A stretch of 57,057 bases of DNA. Source: a virus (lineage: Duplodnaviria > Caudoviricetes). The stretch's first letter is position 1, and every line of letters starts with the position of its first letter. Of the stretch, positions 39,428 through 48,907 are shown one piece after another. The notes under the pieces were generated by a model, which had not been told where the DNA came from, made no database searches, and saw only the letters and a list, made by a program, of their open reading frames with translations. Both the position numbers and the translations under genes were made by a program. The stretch lies in the IMG/VR virus record IMGVR_UViG_3300037502_003469, positions 1-57,057 of that record. One strand, given 5' to 3'.

Positions 39428-39679
39428 TTATTCGTAATCTGAATCACTATCTTCTTCATCTTCAGACTCATAATCTTCATCTTCTTCATATTCTGAATCT
39501 AAAATTTCATTAAAACATTTAATAAGCTCTTTGTGAGAAAAGGCTAGTTCATTGGCGTTTTCCTCAAAAGAACTCTTTAACTCATCATCTTCTACTTCTG
39601 ACAACAGATCATAATAATTACTGATAAGTTCTTGTTGATTTTCCAATATTTCTAACAACAAGTTTTCTAATTCTTTCAT
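39428..39679 (-). CDS. Small acidic helical protein
   Basis: ATG at 39679 in an ATGA overlap; poly-E/D tail; ferritin-like helical pair. Confidence 0.6.
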   Translation of the reverse strand: MKELENLLLEILENQQELISNYYDLLSEVEDDELKSSFEENANELAFSHKELIKCFNEILDSEYEEDEDYESEDEEDSDSDYE

Positions 39680-40542
39680 GAACGCCTTTTTGTTTTTAGA
39701 TAAATCTCTTTTATTAAAGGAACACAATTAGCCACATGTTTACATATAAGATGCCGTTTACCTCTTATTGTAGGAGCTTCCCCATTTCCCATTTGCCTTT
39801 CGTTATAATCTTTTTTTAAGCTATTCCAATCACAGCCATAAAATTGCCAAAACTCACAAGAGCAAGAAATTAAAACTTTCGAGCTAACGGCTTTTTTCTG
39901 ATTACCTTTAGGCAAAAATTTAAGCTTTACTATATGACCTGTAGGATTAGACCAAGCCTCCCCACAAATAACATGAAAGTCATATCTGAAAATTTTGTTT
40001 CTTATCTTTTTAGGAGAAGCACTACAACTTCCCTTGTATTTTAAAGAAAATTTGCTAGTAGCATCAAACAATTCATCCAAAGTCCAAGCTACTTTAACAT
40101 TTTCGTTTAAATCTAATTCAACTGGATTTTTTTCAAGCCTGTACTCTGCGATTATTGATCTAGCTATTTTTTCAATGTATGGGTCTGGAGTAGTTTGAAC
40201 CTCAATACCGCTATCCCAATTTCCTGAAAAAATATCTTCCTTAATCTCTTCTTTATTTTGCTCAGAAGAAGGATTTAGATCACTTAAATAAGCTTTTCTA
40301 GGAGGAGTATTTGGTTTTTCTGAATCTAAAGACATGTTAGGAAATTGAGCTTCTGTTTCTGGGTCGATTTGGTTTTTTTGCTCTAACAATTTCTCGTATT
40401 CGCCCGGAATATCTGAAAGCCCCGGTTTGTTAAAATAAGGAACTAGAAGTTTCTCAGAAGGTTGCAAAACCGAGTCGCCCGGTTTTGCCATCTCTTCTGG
40501 AGTTCTAAAATCATAAATATTATCGTAACCCTTTATCGCCAT
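39676..40542 (-). CDS. SWIM-type zinc-finger protein
   Basis: ISCSCEFW...ICKHV (CxC...CxH). Confidence 0.75.
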   Translation of the reverse strand: MAIKGYDNIYDFRTPEEMAKPGDSVLQPSEKLLVPYFNKPGLSDIPGEYEKLLEQKNQIDPETEAQFPNMSLDSEKPNTPPRKAYLSDLNPSSEQNKEEIKEDIFSGNWDSGIEVQTTPDPYIEKIARSIIAEYRLEKNPVELDLNENVKVAWTLDELFDATSKFSLKYKGSCSASPKKIRNKIFRYDFHVICGEAWSNPTGHIVKLKFLPKGNQKKAVSSKVLISCSCEFWQFYGCDWNSLKKDYNERQMGNGEAPTIRGKRHLICKHVANCVPLIKEIYLKTKRRS

Positions 40543-41311
40543 CTATTTCTGCCAATTTTTCTTCTGCTTTACGTTTAATAGAGCCAGACTCTTTACTAAT
40601 AATCTGTTTGATTACTGCACTATCGGAAGAATTTTTAATAAACGTGGCTTTTTTCTTCGCATTTAAGCTAGACCAGTTTTTTAAAGGGTCTTTGGAAGCA
40701 GTCATTTCTGAGTCAACTAAGCTTTTAACTTCAATAGCGTCATCTTGGGAATCTTTCTTGATTACCTTTGGAACAAATTGATCTTTAGCTATTTCTAATT
40801 TTTTAGTTTGACCTTCCATCAAATTTTCATAAAAAGATTTTGGGTGTTCATCTTCAACAACTGCGTTTTTAGTTACCTTGGCAACCTCAACCCCTTCTGT
40901 TTCTTGAATGATAGGTCTTTCTACTTTTTTATCTTTTTTAACGTCTGTTTGTTTTTCATCTACTGTAGATTTGACAATTCTTTTATCCACTTTTTTCATC
41001 TCAGTATCTTCAAGAAATTGACCATTTCCAGAAGAACCTCTGATTTGCATTAATCTAGCTTCTTTGGCTTTTTTTGCTCTTTCAGAAGCAGATTCTTGTG
41101 GGATTGAAGCATCTTCTTCCGCTTTACCTAAAGATGTTACCTGTGCAGGGCTTAGTATTCCTGCCCGAATCGCAGACATCAATGAAGGGGCTTTTTTATC
41201 CTCCCCTCTAAATTCGGCTTTTACTCCGTCAAATTTGATTCGTTCGTCTTTCTGAACGTACTGATCTAGTTCACCTGAATAAAATGATTTTGTGGCAATG
41301 TATTCACGCAT
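40520..41311 (-). CDS. Hypothetical charged protein
   Basis: 263-aa ORF with AAGGAG RBS. Confidence 0.75.
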   Translation of the reverse strand: MREYIATKSFYSGELDQYVQKDERIKFDGVKAEFRGEDKKAPSLMSAIRAGILSPAQVTSLGKAEEDASIPQESASERAKKAKEARLMQIRGSSGNGQFLEDTEMKKVDKRIVKSTVDEKQTDVKKDKKVERPIIQETEGVEVAKVTKNAVVEDEHPKSFYENLMEGQTKKLEIAKDQFVPKVIKKDSQDDAIEVKSLVDSEMTASKDPLKNWSSLNAKKKATFIKNSSDSAVIKQIISKESGSIKRKAEEKLAEIDGDKGLR

Positions 41312-41360
41312 AAAATTAACTCCTTAAAAGTCTTGATTTATTATAGTCAAACTTAAAAGG

Positions 41361-42593
41361 TTAAACTCTATTGGAAGAAATAAAATTTCTTCTATTCTGC
41401 ACACCTTGGGAAGAAAATGGTCCTAGTGCTGCCGATACGCCTATTCCATATTTAGGTTGTTGGATACCCTTAACGATCTTGACTCCAAAATCTTTATAAC
41501 GCTCCACAGAAGTTTGATATTCTTGTTCAAATTTGTCAGACATACCTTGATATTTAGAAGACTTATCAATCTGTAAAGAAATTCCACCAATACTGTAATC
41601 AAACTCGTCGTGAATCCAGTTAATGCTTAATGCAGATAGAGCTAAAGAAGCAGCTTTAACCGTTACGATAGTTTGAAGAAAATTTGGTAAACTTGTTAAT
41701 GTATGTTGTTCTATAGGAGGAGCCATATTTACAGCATCAACAGCCATTAATAAATATTCGTATAACTCCTCATCTGTCCAAATAAATCCGAAAGTCTCCG
41801 TGTAGTTCTGAATAACTTTTTCATGTTCAGGAGGAACAAATCTATAGTTTCTGTCTGGGTTATTATCACGAAGTAAAAATCTTAATCTTCTTACCATTGT
41901 TCTTTCATTTTCATTATAAATGCTATTAACAATAGTTGATGGATTAACTACCGCAAATTCTTGTACTACGTTTCTTGCAGGATTCCCTTCATCATCAATA
42001 AAAGTCCAGCGAATAGAGTAATCGCCTACTGGAGCGTTTTGAGGAACTGTATAATTTGCATAGTATTTCCCTGTAGAAAGCCTTACAGGTTGGTTTTTTA
42101 AACCGCCTACTAAAATGTCCAGACCTGTAGTCCTATCGAATACAGCATAATAAATTTCTTTTGGGTCAAATGGATTATTGCGTTCATTTAAGACTTGAAT
42201 ATACAATTCTTGCGGTCCAAGGATTTGTCCGGGGTAATAAGCTACACCCCCAGTATTTGCAAGAAACTGAAGTGGCGTTGATTTTCTAACGATAGAAAAC
42301 CTTTGGTTTACTTGCTCCCTATTCCCACTTTCTACTAAGCGTATATCCCACTGAATTTCGTACTCACCGAGATTTTCCCCCTCATCCATTCTAACATTTA
42401 CCCAATAGTAACCTACAGAGTCTCTAGTAGGTATCTGATTTAAAGAACCTCCTACAAGAACGGGAGTGCTTCCTGATCTATCGTAAATAGTGTAGGTGAT
42501 AGAAAAAGGGTCAATTAAATTTCCTTCGTTATCTCTAACAAAAATATTTAGATCGTTTTTAGTAAGTTGTTGACCTCTTTCAAAAACTACCAC
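41361..42593 (-). CDS. Putative head-tail adaptor (neck) protein with two N-terminal Ig-like repeats
   Basis: Repeat DP..I.Y.I.DR.....VGG...P.R.S.G.Y......G.Y.I.W occurs twice; C-terminal R.LLRD...WTDEEL...SIGGIS...S adaptor-like helical domain. Confidence 0.6.
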   Translation of the reverse strand: MVVFERGQQLTKNDLNIFVRDNEGNLIDPFSITYTIYDRSGSTPVLVGGSLNQIPTRDSVGYYWVNVRMDEGENLGEYEIQWDIRLVESGNREQVNQRFSIVRKSTPLQFLANTGGVAYYPGQILGPQELYIQVLNERNNPFDPKEIYYAVFDRTTGLDILVGGLKNQPVRLSTGKYYANYTVPQNAPVGDYSIRWTFIDDEGNPARNVVQEFAVVNPSTIVNSIYNENERTMVRRLRFLLRDNNPDRNYRFVPPEHEKVIQNYTETFGFIWTDEELYEYLLMAVDAVNMAPPIEQHTLTSLPNFLQTIVTVKAASLALSALSINWIHDEFDYSIGGISLQIDKSSKYQGMSDKFEQEYQTSVERYKDFGVKIVKGIQQPKYGIGVSAALGPFSSQGVQNRRNFISSNRV

Positions 42594-42602
42594 AGTATCT
42601 CC

Positions 42603-43202
42603 TTAGCTAACGAAATTAACGGATGCAAAAGTTTGTTTTTTAACTACTTTAAATTCTTTTATTATCTTAGAATTTTCAAGTTCTACCAAAAGAAAATAAG
42701 TTTCATTAGGAATAAAAAATTCTGAGTCTAAGTACAGTGAAACTGCATAAAGACCATCGAATATTGAGGAGAGTTCTATTCCTCCCAAGTAATCATTTTT
42801 TGATAAATCTTCACCAAAATAAATACCTTCAGAAAACCCTAAAGGAATGTTAGGTGAAACGATTAAATTTGATTGACTACCTTCCAGTAGGCTTTGAATT
42901 TTAACTCTTCCTTTATCCTCTACTGACGTAAAGTCAAAATTAGGGTAGATTTGAGAGTTTATAAAATTGGTGACATCTAAGGCTGTTTGATAGTTTTTAT
43001 CAAATATAACTGTTTCCTCATTACCTCCGCTAACAGATAAAGTAATTGAGGTATTTTCTAAATCAGCAAAAGGTTCCAAATCACTTAACACATACGCTGG
43101 TTTAGGTTCAACTATATTGAATATTTTAATTTGATTAGAGGTTACTAATTCGTTAGATTCAAAAACAAAATCTGCGTAATCCCCTATATTAAAAATTTTC
43201 AT
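42603..43202 (-). CDS. Putative virion structural protein
   Basis: Beta-rich 199 aa with TA.DV...IN....G.V.I.S...G..S...LGF motif; AAGGA RBS. Confidence 0.55.
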   Translation of the reverse strand: MKIFNIGDYADFVFESNELVTSNQIKIFNIVEPKPAYVLSDLEPFADLENTSITLSVSGGNEETVIFDKNYQTALDVTNFINSQIYPNFDFTSVEDKGRVKIQSLLEGSQSNLIVSPNIPLGFSEGIYFGEDLSKNDYLGGIELSSIFDGLYAVSLYLDSEFFIPNETYFLLVELENSKIIKEFKVVKKQTFASVNFVS

Positions 43203-43249
43203 TTTCTTTCCTTAATAAAATTTCTCAAGAAAAGAAAATTATTTGTGGA

Positions 43250-43486
43250 TTAAGCAGACATTACTTGATGTGTTAAAGACTTCAAATTTTTTATTGAAGC
43301 AGCATAAGGTTGAGCCTTAACTTTCGCTTCTCCATTAAAATACTGAAGTTTCAAATCATCTAGCAAAGGCTGATATTCAAAGATAAAAAATACTCTGTTT
43401 CCAGTCTTTTCTGTTCTTTTCAAAGTACACCCTGCCGTTTGAAGATAAGCAGCAAAGTATAAATCAGATGTTTTATATTCATTCAT
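43250..43486 (-). CDS. DUF5659-like small phage protein
   Basis: Y.TSDLYFAAYL...G...RVFFIF...Y.NG...V. Confidence 0.65.
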   Translation of the reverse strand: MNEYKTSDLYFAAYLQTAGCTLKRTEKTGNRVFFIFEYQPLLDDLKLQYFNGEAKVKAQPYAASIKNLKSLTHQVMSA

Positions 43487-43506
43487 TTTTAAATCTCTTT
43501 TAAATT

Positions 43507-43532
43507 TGAGTCGGAGATTATTCTCCGACTCA
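43507..43532 (-). terminator. Perfect 11-bp inverted repeat
   Basis: TGAGTCGGAGA-TTAT-TCTCCGACTCA. Confidence 0.65.
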
Positions 43533-43543
43533 TTTAATTAAAT

Positions 43544-43822
43544 TTATTCTGGGTCAGAAATTTCAATAAGTCCCATAACAACGAACTTATCAAGAGCACC
43601 GCCAGAAGCGACTGCTAAAAGATACTGAGACGTTTCTTCTACGATAATAGAGTTGCCTGAAGCAAGGTACTGATCTTGACCTGCTTGACCAACCGCTACG
43701 CCTCCACCTAATCCGTTTCTTTTTTCAAGAAAACCAAGATAAATAGGTGATGTAAAAGGACCTACTTGAAATCCTCCGCTCGCAGATGTAACTTCTCCAG
43801 TGTGTGTTAAAACCTTAGCCAT
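43544..43822 (-). CDS. Small Gly-rich putative virion protein
   Basis: Likely ATG at 43822 (MAKVLTH) after AAGGGGG. Confidence 0.7.
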   Translation of the reverse strand: MAKVLTHTGEVTSASGGFQVGPFTSPIYLGFLEKRNGLGGGVAVGQAGQDQYLASGNSIIVEETSQYLLAVASGGALDKFVVMGLIEISDPE

Positions 43823-44156
43823 TTTTTCCCCCTTTAAGGATTTGTTTATTTCTTTGATACCATCCAACAATTTCTTGTATATCTATCAACGCATTTGCAA
43901 TAAATACTAAGTAATCTACATGGTTTATCGACTTAACTTGATTCGCTTTAGCCAAATACATATTAAGACGAGCTAACATCTTTTTAATACTCGGCAATTC
44001 TTGATTCTCTAAAACATCTACTGTTTTTTTCAGTTTTGACATTTCTGACAACAAAGCTTTCGCCAAGGCAGGCTGAACCAAATTTTTTGGTCGCCACTCC
44101 CCTCCTTGAAAATCTTTAAGCAGATCGTCCATGATTACCCTATGTAAAAGATTCAC
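43815..44156 (-). CDS. Hypothetical helical protein
   Basis: 113-aa ORF starting MNLLHRVI. Confidence 0.65.
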   Translation of the reverse strand: MNLLHRVIMDDLLKDFQGGEWRPKNLVQPALAKALLSEMSKLKKTVDVLENQELPSIKKMLARLNMYLAKANQVKSINHVDYLVFIANALIDIQEIVGWYQRNKQILKGGKNG

Positions 44157-44274
44157 TTATTATGAAAAAATAAAGGTTTATTAGATGAATAGTTGCTAAA
44201 ATAATTAAATTGACATGAAAATACCATAATGTTAATAAATTCAATATAATACCAACATTAAAATATAAATTACT

Positions 44275-45099
44275 ATGAAATGCCACCAAAGAATTATTAG
44301 AGAGCAAAGGTTAGAAACTGATTTAGCTAATCTAAATTTTGACTCTAGTAATTTAAAAGCCTCAGACTTTTCTTTGAATCAAGAAATTTTAAATTCAGAA
44401 ATTATAGATTTTATAAAAACTTATGAATGGTTAGGAAATATAGGAACAAAACCTAAATGGGTTTTTACAGCAAGGTATAATAATTTACTCGGCGGAGTGG
44501 TTTTAATAAATGAGCCTAGCTCATATTCAAATGTTTTGGGTAAAGATACCAAAAAATATGAGGCTTTAATTCAGCGAGGTGCTTGTGCTTCGTGGACTCC
44601 TAAAAATCTCGGAAGCAGGTTAATCATGTTCTCGTGTAAAGAAATGGTTAAAATCACACCTAAAAGAGCTTTCGTAGCTTATGCTGATTCTTCCGCCAAT
44701 GAAGTTGGAACAATATACCAAGCTTGCAATTTTGATTATCTAGGGTGTAATTTTGGAACAAAAAACATGCTGATTCACCCTGACTTTAAAAAAGGTGCTC
44801 CATTTTCAAAGCAGTCTCTTTATCGAACATCCACTTTAAAAAAATGGGCGAAAGAGAATAATGTCAAAATAGAACCGAGTTGGATAAAAGAAAACGGTTT
44901 TAAAGACCTTTCTAAAATACCGCAAGATGTAAATAAAGCATGGAAAAATTGGATTAACAATATCGTAAAAGAATCAGAAAAAATACAAATATCACCTAAA
45001 GGAAAATACATTCTTGTTTTAGGCTCTAGTAAAAAAGATTCTTTGAAATTAAACAGCCTTAAAAATTATACACCTTTACCTTACCCTAAAAGATCATGA
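44275..45099 (+). CDS. Mom-like GNAT-fold putative DNA modification enzyme
   Basis: FI..YEWLG, GGVV, R..C....PKN.GSRLI, AYAD....E.GTIYQA.NF.YLG, K.KY. Confidence 0.7.
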   Translation: MKCHQRIIREQRLETDLANLNFDSSNLKASDFSLNQEILNSEIIDFIKTYEWLGNIGTKPKWVFTARYNNLLGGVVLINEPSSYSNVLGKDTKKYEALIQRGACASWTPKNLGSRLIMFSCKEMVKITPKRAFVAYADSSANEVGTIYQACNFDYLGCNFGTKNMLIHPDFKKGAPFSKQSLYRTSTLKKWAKENNVKIEPSWIKENGFKDLSKIPQDVNKAWKNWINNIVKESEKIQISPKGKYILVLGSSKKDSLKLNSLKNYTPLPYPKRS

Positions 45100-45587
45100 A
45101 AAGAAAAAGTCTAATCGGAGAAAGGTTTGGCTCAATGATCGTGATAGACCAATTAGAAAACGATAAGAAAAACCGTAATTGGCTTGTTATGTGTGACTGT
45201 GGAACTATCTGTGAAAAAAATACGTATTTGTTAAAATATACAAAATCTTGTGGATGTTTAAGAACAAAAGTTTTATCTAGCCGAAGAAAAATTCAAGAGA
45301 ATCAAAAATTTGGTTTTTTAACTACACAAAAAATATCTCGCAGAGGTTATTGGACATGCTTATGTTTTTGCGGAACTGTAGTTGATGTGAGAAGCCAGTA
45401 TCTTATTAAAGGGACCACTAAAAGCTGTGGTTGTATGTCTTCTCAACTTAGAAATGATTCATACTATAAGAATAAGCCCACAAATATAAATATTAAAAAG
45501 CTTAAATACATCCAAGAAAAGTATTACCCGAATTTAACTGTTGAAGAGGTGCTATTAAAGCTTAAAGGAGGTCTTGATGTCTCCTGA
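45096..45587 (+). CDS. Tandem CxCG...SCGC repeat protein (N-terminal module of HNH/AP2 endonucleases, no nuclease domain seen)
   Basis: G.RFG.......W...CDCG...L....SCGC occurs twice. Confidence 0.75.
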   Translation: MKRKSLIGERFGSMIVIDQLENDKKNRNWLVMCDCGTICEKNTYLLKYTKSCGCLRTKVLSSRRKIQENQKFGFLTTQKISRRGYWTCLCFCGTVVDVRSQYLIKGTTKSCGCMSSQLRNDSYYKNKPTNINIKKLKYIQEKYYPNLTVEEVLLKLKGGLDVS

Positions 45588-47409
45588 AGAAACCCAAATC
45601 TTACTTAATTATGCACATGGAAAGATTTCCAAAGAAGAAGCTATGATTGTATTAGGTTACAAGAAAGCAGCCTTTAACTCCCGTATGCGTTCTTTAGGAT
45701 TTAGTTCTGAAAGCCACTACTTTCCTCGAACTTCTTTTAAACCCCTTATTCCAAAAAATGATAAAGAATACTGGGAAAATATTCATGATGATTACAAGTC
45801 AGGTGAAAGCATTGAATCTATTTCTTCTAAACTCGGTATCAAGCCTAATACTATAAAAGACAGATTTAATCTTTTTAACCTAGAGATACGCACGGAATCC
45901 GAAAATAGAAAGTTAGCAATTGAAAAAATGCGATCTACTACAAAGAAATTGTATGGAGTTGAATACGCTCAACAATCAAATGAAATTAAAAAAGCTACTC
46001 AGATAACAGTAAAAGAAAAATATGGTGTCGATAATGTCGCTCAATCCGTAGATTCAAGATTTAAAATTTCTCAAAGTGTTTCTGCTACATCTGAAGAGGC
46101 TCTTGTAAAAAGAAAAGAGACAAACCTATGTCGCTATGGTTTTAATTTTGCTCAACAAGACCCTGAAGTAAAACAGAAAATATTAAACACAAATATTGAA
46201 AGATATGGAACTGCTCACGCAGCATCTTCAACTTCAATTCGTTCAAAAATTAAAAATACCAATAAAGCTCGGTATGGAAGTGAGTCACCTCTTTCAAATC
46301 AAGAAGTTATACAAAAAAGAGTCGCTACCGTTACTGATAAGAAATATGCAGAGGTGTTAAAGACTCTTGATTTTTTTAATTATGTTTTACTCGACGAATA
46401 CAGAGGAATATTTACCAAAGACGGTTTTACTAAAGGTTACAAGCAATACAAAATAAAACATTTAGATTGCGGATTAGAATTTTATGATGACCTTTATTTG
46501 ACTCCAAGGTGTCGAAAATGCTTTCCTCTTGTAGGTAATAAAAGAGGACAACTTGAAATAGTATTAGCTTCATATATTGAGTCAATTGGATTCAATGTTA
46601 AGTGTAATACTAAAGACGTTATTAAAAACCCATCAACAGGTAAATGGTTTGAGATAGATATTTATATTGAAGATAAAAAATTAGCTTTTGAAATTGATAG
46701 CCTATACCACCACAGCACCCACTCTTTACAATGGGGTAAGCCTGTTGAAAAAAACTACCACTTAAATAAAACACAAGCCGCAACCAAGGAAGGGATAAGG
46801 TTAATTCATCTTTGGGAAGACTGGAGTCTTTTAAAAATACAATCAGTTATTAAATCAGAGTTAGGAATATTAGATAAGAAAAACGCTAGGTCATTAAAGA
46901 TAAAAGAAACGGACTGTTCTAAGTTTTTTGATGAAACACATGTTTATGGTAAAGCTCAAGCAATAGCTCAATTTGCCTTAGTGAATGAAAAAGATGAAAT
47001 ACAATGTGCAATGAGTTTTCGTAATCATCCAGAAGGATTAGAGATAAGTAGGTTCTCTTCTCAATTAGGAACATCGGTTAGAGGCGGTTTTTCAAGGCTT
47101 TTAAAACACGCTATGAAGACTCTTAAATGGCATACAATAATTTCATACTGCGATAGAGACTTATCTCCTGTAGCAGAAAACACAGTGTATTTTAAAAACG
47201 GGTTTGAGTTAGTAGAAGATACAGGACCGAGATTATTCTACACAAATTTTCGCAGACGTTGGTCAAGAGAAGCATTTCAAAAACATAAAATTAAATCATT
47301 TTTTCCAGAATCATTTAATAGCAATTTAACCGCAGATCAAATTCTATCGTCTAAAGGAATTTATTCAATATGGAATTCTGGAAATTGGAAATTTAAAATC
47401 ACAAAATAA
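45577..47409 (+). CDS. Homing-endonuclease-like protein: HTH, YG repeats, Zn ribbon, PD-(D/E)xK-like nuclease, Mom-like GNAT
   Basis: Five T...[KR/L]YG repeats; H..CG...CRKC; EIDIYI...AFEID..Y.H...K......GIRLIHLWE; EISRF...GGFSRLL...ISYCDR...Y...GF. Confidence 0.8.
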   Translation: MSPEETQILLNYAHGKISKEEAMIVLGYKKAAFNSRMRSLGFSSESHYFPRTSFKPLIPKNDKEYWENIHDDYKSGESIESISSKLGIKPNTIKDRFNLFNLEIRTESENRKLAIEKMRSTTKKLYGVEYAQQSNEIKKATQITVKEKYGVDNVAQSVDSRFKISQSVSATSEEALVKRKETNLCRYGFNFAQQDPEVKQKILNTNIERYGTAHAASSTSIRSKIKNTNKARYGSESPLSNQEVIQKRVATVTDKKYAEVLKTLDFFNYVLLDEYRGIFTKDGFTKGYKQYKIKHLDCGLEFYDDLYLTPRCRKCFPLVGNKRGQLEIVLASYIESIGFNVKCNTKDVIKNPSTGKWFEIDIYIEDKKLAFEIDSLYHHSTHSLQWGKPVEKNYHLNKTQAATKEGIRLIHLWEDWSLLKIQSVIKSELGILDKKNARSLKIKETDCSKFFDETHVYGKAQAIAQFALVNEKDEIQCAMSFRNHPEGLEISRFSSQLGTSVRGGFSRLLKHAMKTLKWHTIISYCDRDLSPVAENTVYFKNGFELVEDTGPRLFYTNFRRRWSREAFQKHKIKSFFPESFNSNLTADQILSSKGIYSIWNSGNWKFKITK

Positions 47410-47437
47410 AAAAGGCGACCATTTCTGATCGCCCTTC
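47402..47437 (-). terminator. Intrinsic terminator of the major capsid gene
   Basis: Minus strand AAGGGCGATCA-GAAA-TGGTCGCCTTT followed by TTTATTTT. Confidence 0.85.
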
Positions 47438-47458
47438 ACTAGATTCACAAAAAATTGA

Positions 47459-48328
47459 TTATCGAGTAAGAACAAGTCTTGAAAGACCGGCAGGGTTATG
47501 AGCACCAATTCCGATATTTTCAAAGATTGAGAAACCGATAGTTCTTGCTTTCGGATCATCCGCAGAAAGAACAGTAAGTTCAGTTCTTACAGGAATACGT
47601 CCAAACATTTCTGCTTCACAGCAAGTATAAACGTAGTTTACTGGAACACGACGAGAAACAAGAATTTGAGCACCCCAAAGGTATGCAAGAAGACCTGTTT
47701 TAAGTAATGTTTGCTGAGTTTCGATGTCGAGAACGTCGCGACCCCATTTACGAATATCTGTATAGTCTTTAGCGTTTGCGAAAATTTTAGCAACACGAAG
47801 ATCGTGACGCTCAACGTCTGCAAAAGAGTCAGCCATAACAGAAGCAGTTAGAGGAGCTACAACTGGAATATCAGGGTTAGTGATACCATCGTCAGTAGCC
47901 GCACCTGCGATTGCGTTCATGATTTCAAATACACGACCATCTTCTTCAGCTTGAATTTCAGCTTTAGCAAGGTCTTGAGCACGTTCGATTAGATCGAAGC
48001 GACGCTCCTTGATCTGCGTCAGAGGAATTTCTGGGTTAGAAGCAATCTCGAAAAGAGGGAAAATAACACGCTTAGGCTTTTGGATAGCAAGAATGTTTTC
48101 ACCTTCTTCACCGATAATATAGGCAGTAGCCTTTGGGTCTTTATCGTAGATTGGTAGTGCTCCATCTGGTAATGCTTCAACTAGGAATGTTTTACGTCCA
48201 ATTGAAGTGTAATCACGACGGAAACGAAGTGGTTGCACCATAGAGGCTGCTAATTTAGCTCTACCTGCTGCGGTTTTAATCAGTTCGCTGATTACTTTTT
48301 GTTTTGTTGCGTTATCTGCTGGTTTCAT
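47459..48328 (-). CDS. Major capsid protein (HK97 fold, 289 aa)
   Basis: Follows protease, scaffold and decoration genes; AAGGAG RBS, biased codon use and own terminator; P.I....I..RRFD.I.RA...A..EI..EED spine helix; G...LWGA.I.VS..VP. Confidence 0.85.
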   Translation of the reverse strand: MKPADNATKQKVISELIKTAAGRAKLAASMVQPLRFRRDYTSIGRKTFLVEALPDGALPIYDKDPKATAYIIGEEGENILAIQKPKRVIFPLFEIASNPEIPLTQIKERRFDLIERAQDLAKAEIQAEEDGRVFEIMNAIAGAATDDGITNPDIPVVAPLTASVMADSFADVERHDLRVAKIFANAKDYTDIRKWGRDVLDIETQQTLLKTGLLAYLWGAQILVSRRVPVNYVYTCCEAEMFGRIPVRTELTVLSADDPKARTIGFSIFENIGIGAHNPAGLSRLVLTR

Positions 48329-48402
48329 TGTTAAAAACTCCTTTTTCAGTACCTTTCGTGGAATTTTCGTCCACTAGCACCTACTTAATAATTGTTAAAA
48401 AA

Positions 48403-48852
48403 TTAAAGTCTCATTTGTACGATTGCTAAATCGCCATCTTTACCAATAAGTAGCCCTACAACTGGTGCTGTAGAAACTCCCTTAACTTTTAACTTACCGC
48501 CTGCACCACAAACAAGCTCAGAGCCGATTGCAGCAGCACTTAAAGATACGAATTGGTCAGTTTTAAAAACTGCACCTGCACCTGCGATAAGTGATACAGT
48601 TACTCCACCGCCAGCGGAACCAACTGCTCCGTTTACCTGCGAATCAAGTAATCCTGTAGATTGATAAGATGGGACGTATCCCTGTACTTGGAAAATACCT
48701 ACTGGGGCAGCTTCATTGTCTGCACCAATAACTAATTCTCCTGACGTGTTCACAGCCGCCACTTTCCCTGCTTCGATAAGAGTCTTATCTACCGCTGAGT
48801 TAAGTTTTAGAACTGTGGGACGCTTTACTGCGTGTAAAAGTTCAAAAGCCAT
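48403..48852 (-). CDS. Head decoration/cement protein (paralogue 2)
   Basis: AG.V.......A.....VGIF...G.VTV...G.VF.TDQF...G..L.....GKL...VVG; AGGAGG RBS. Confidence 0.65.
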   Translation of the reverse strand: MAFELLHAVKRPTVLKLNSAVDKTLIEAGKVAAVNTSGELVIGADNEAAPVGIFQVQGYVPSYQSTGLLDSQVNGAVGSAGGGVTVSLIAGAGAVFKTDQFVSLSAAAIGSELVCGAGGKLKVKGVSTAPVVGLLIGKDGDLAIVQMRL

Positions 48853-48907
48853 TGTTAAATCCTCCTAGACTGTAATTAAAAATTTATTAGTCTGTTATTG
48901 TTAAAAA

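Noticed and set aside
44210-44240. TTGACA upstream of the Mom-like gene as a sigma70 promoter
   Set aside because: No convincing -10 hexamer at 16-18 nt spacing in very AT-rich DNA, so not called as a feature
47459-48328. Encapsulin interpretation of the small HK97-fold protein
   Set aside because: The protease-scaffold-decoration-capsid gene order and the tail genes indicate a viral capsid
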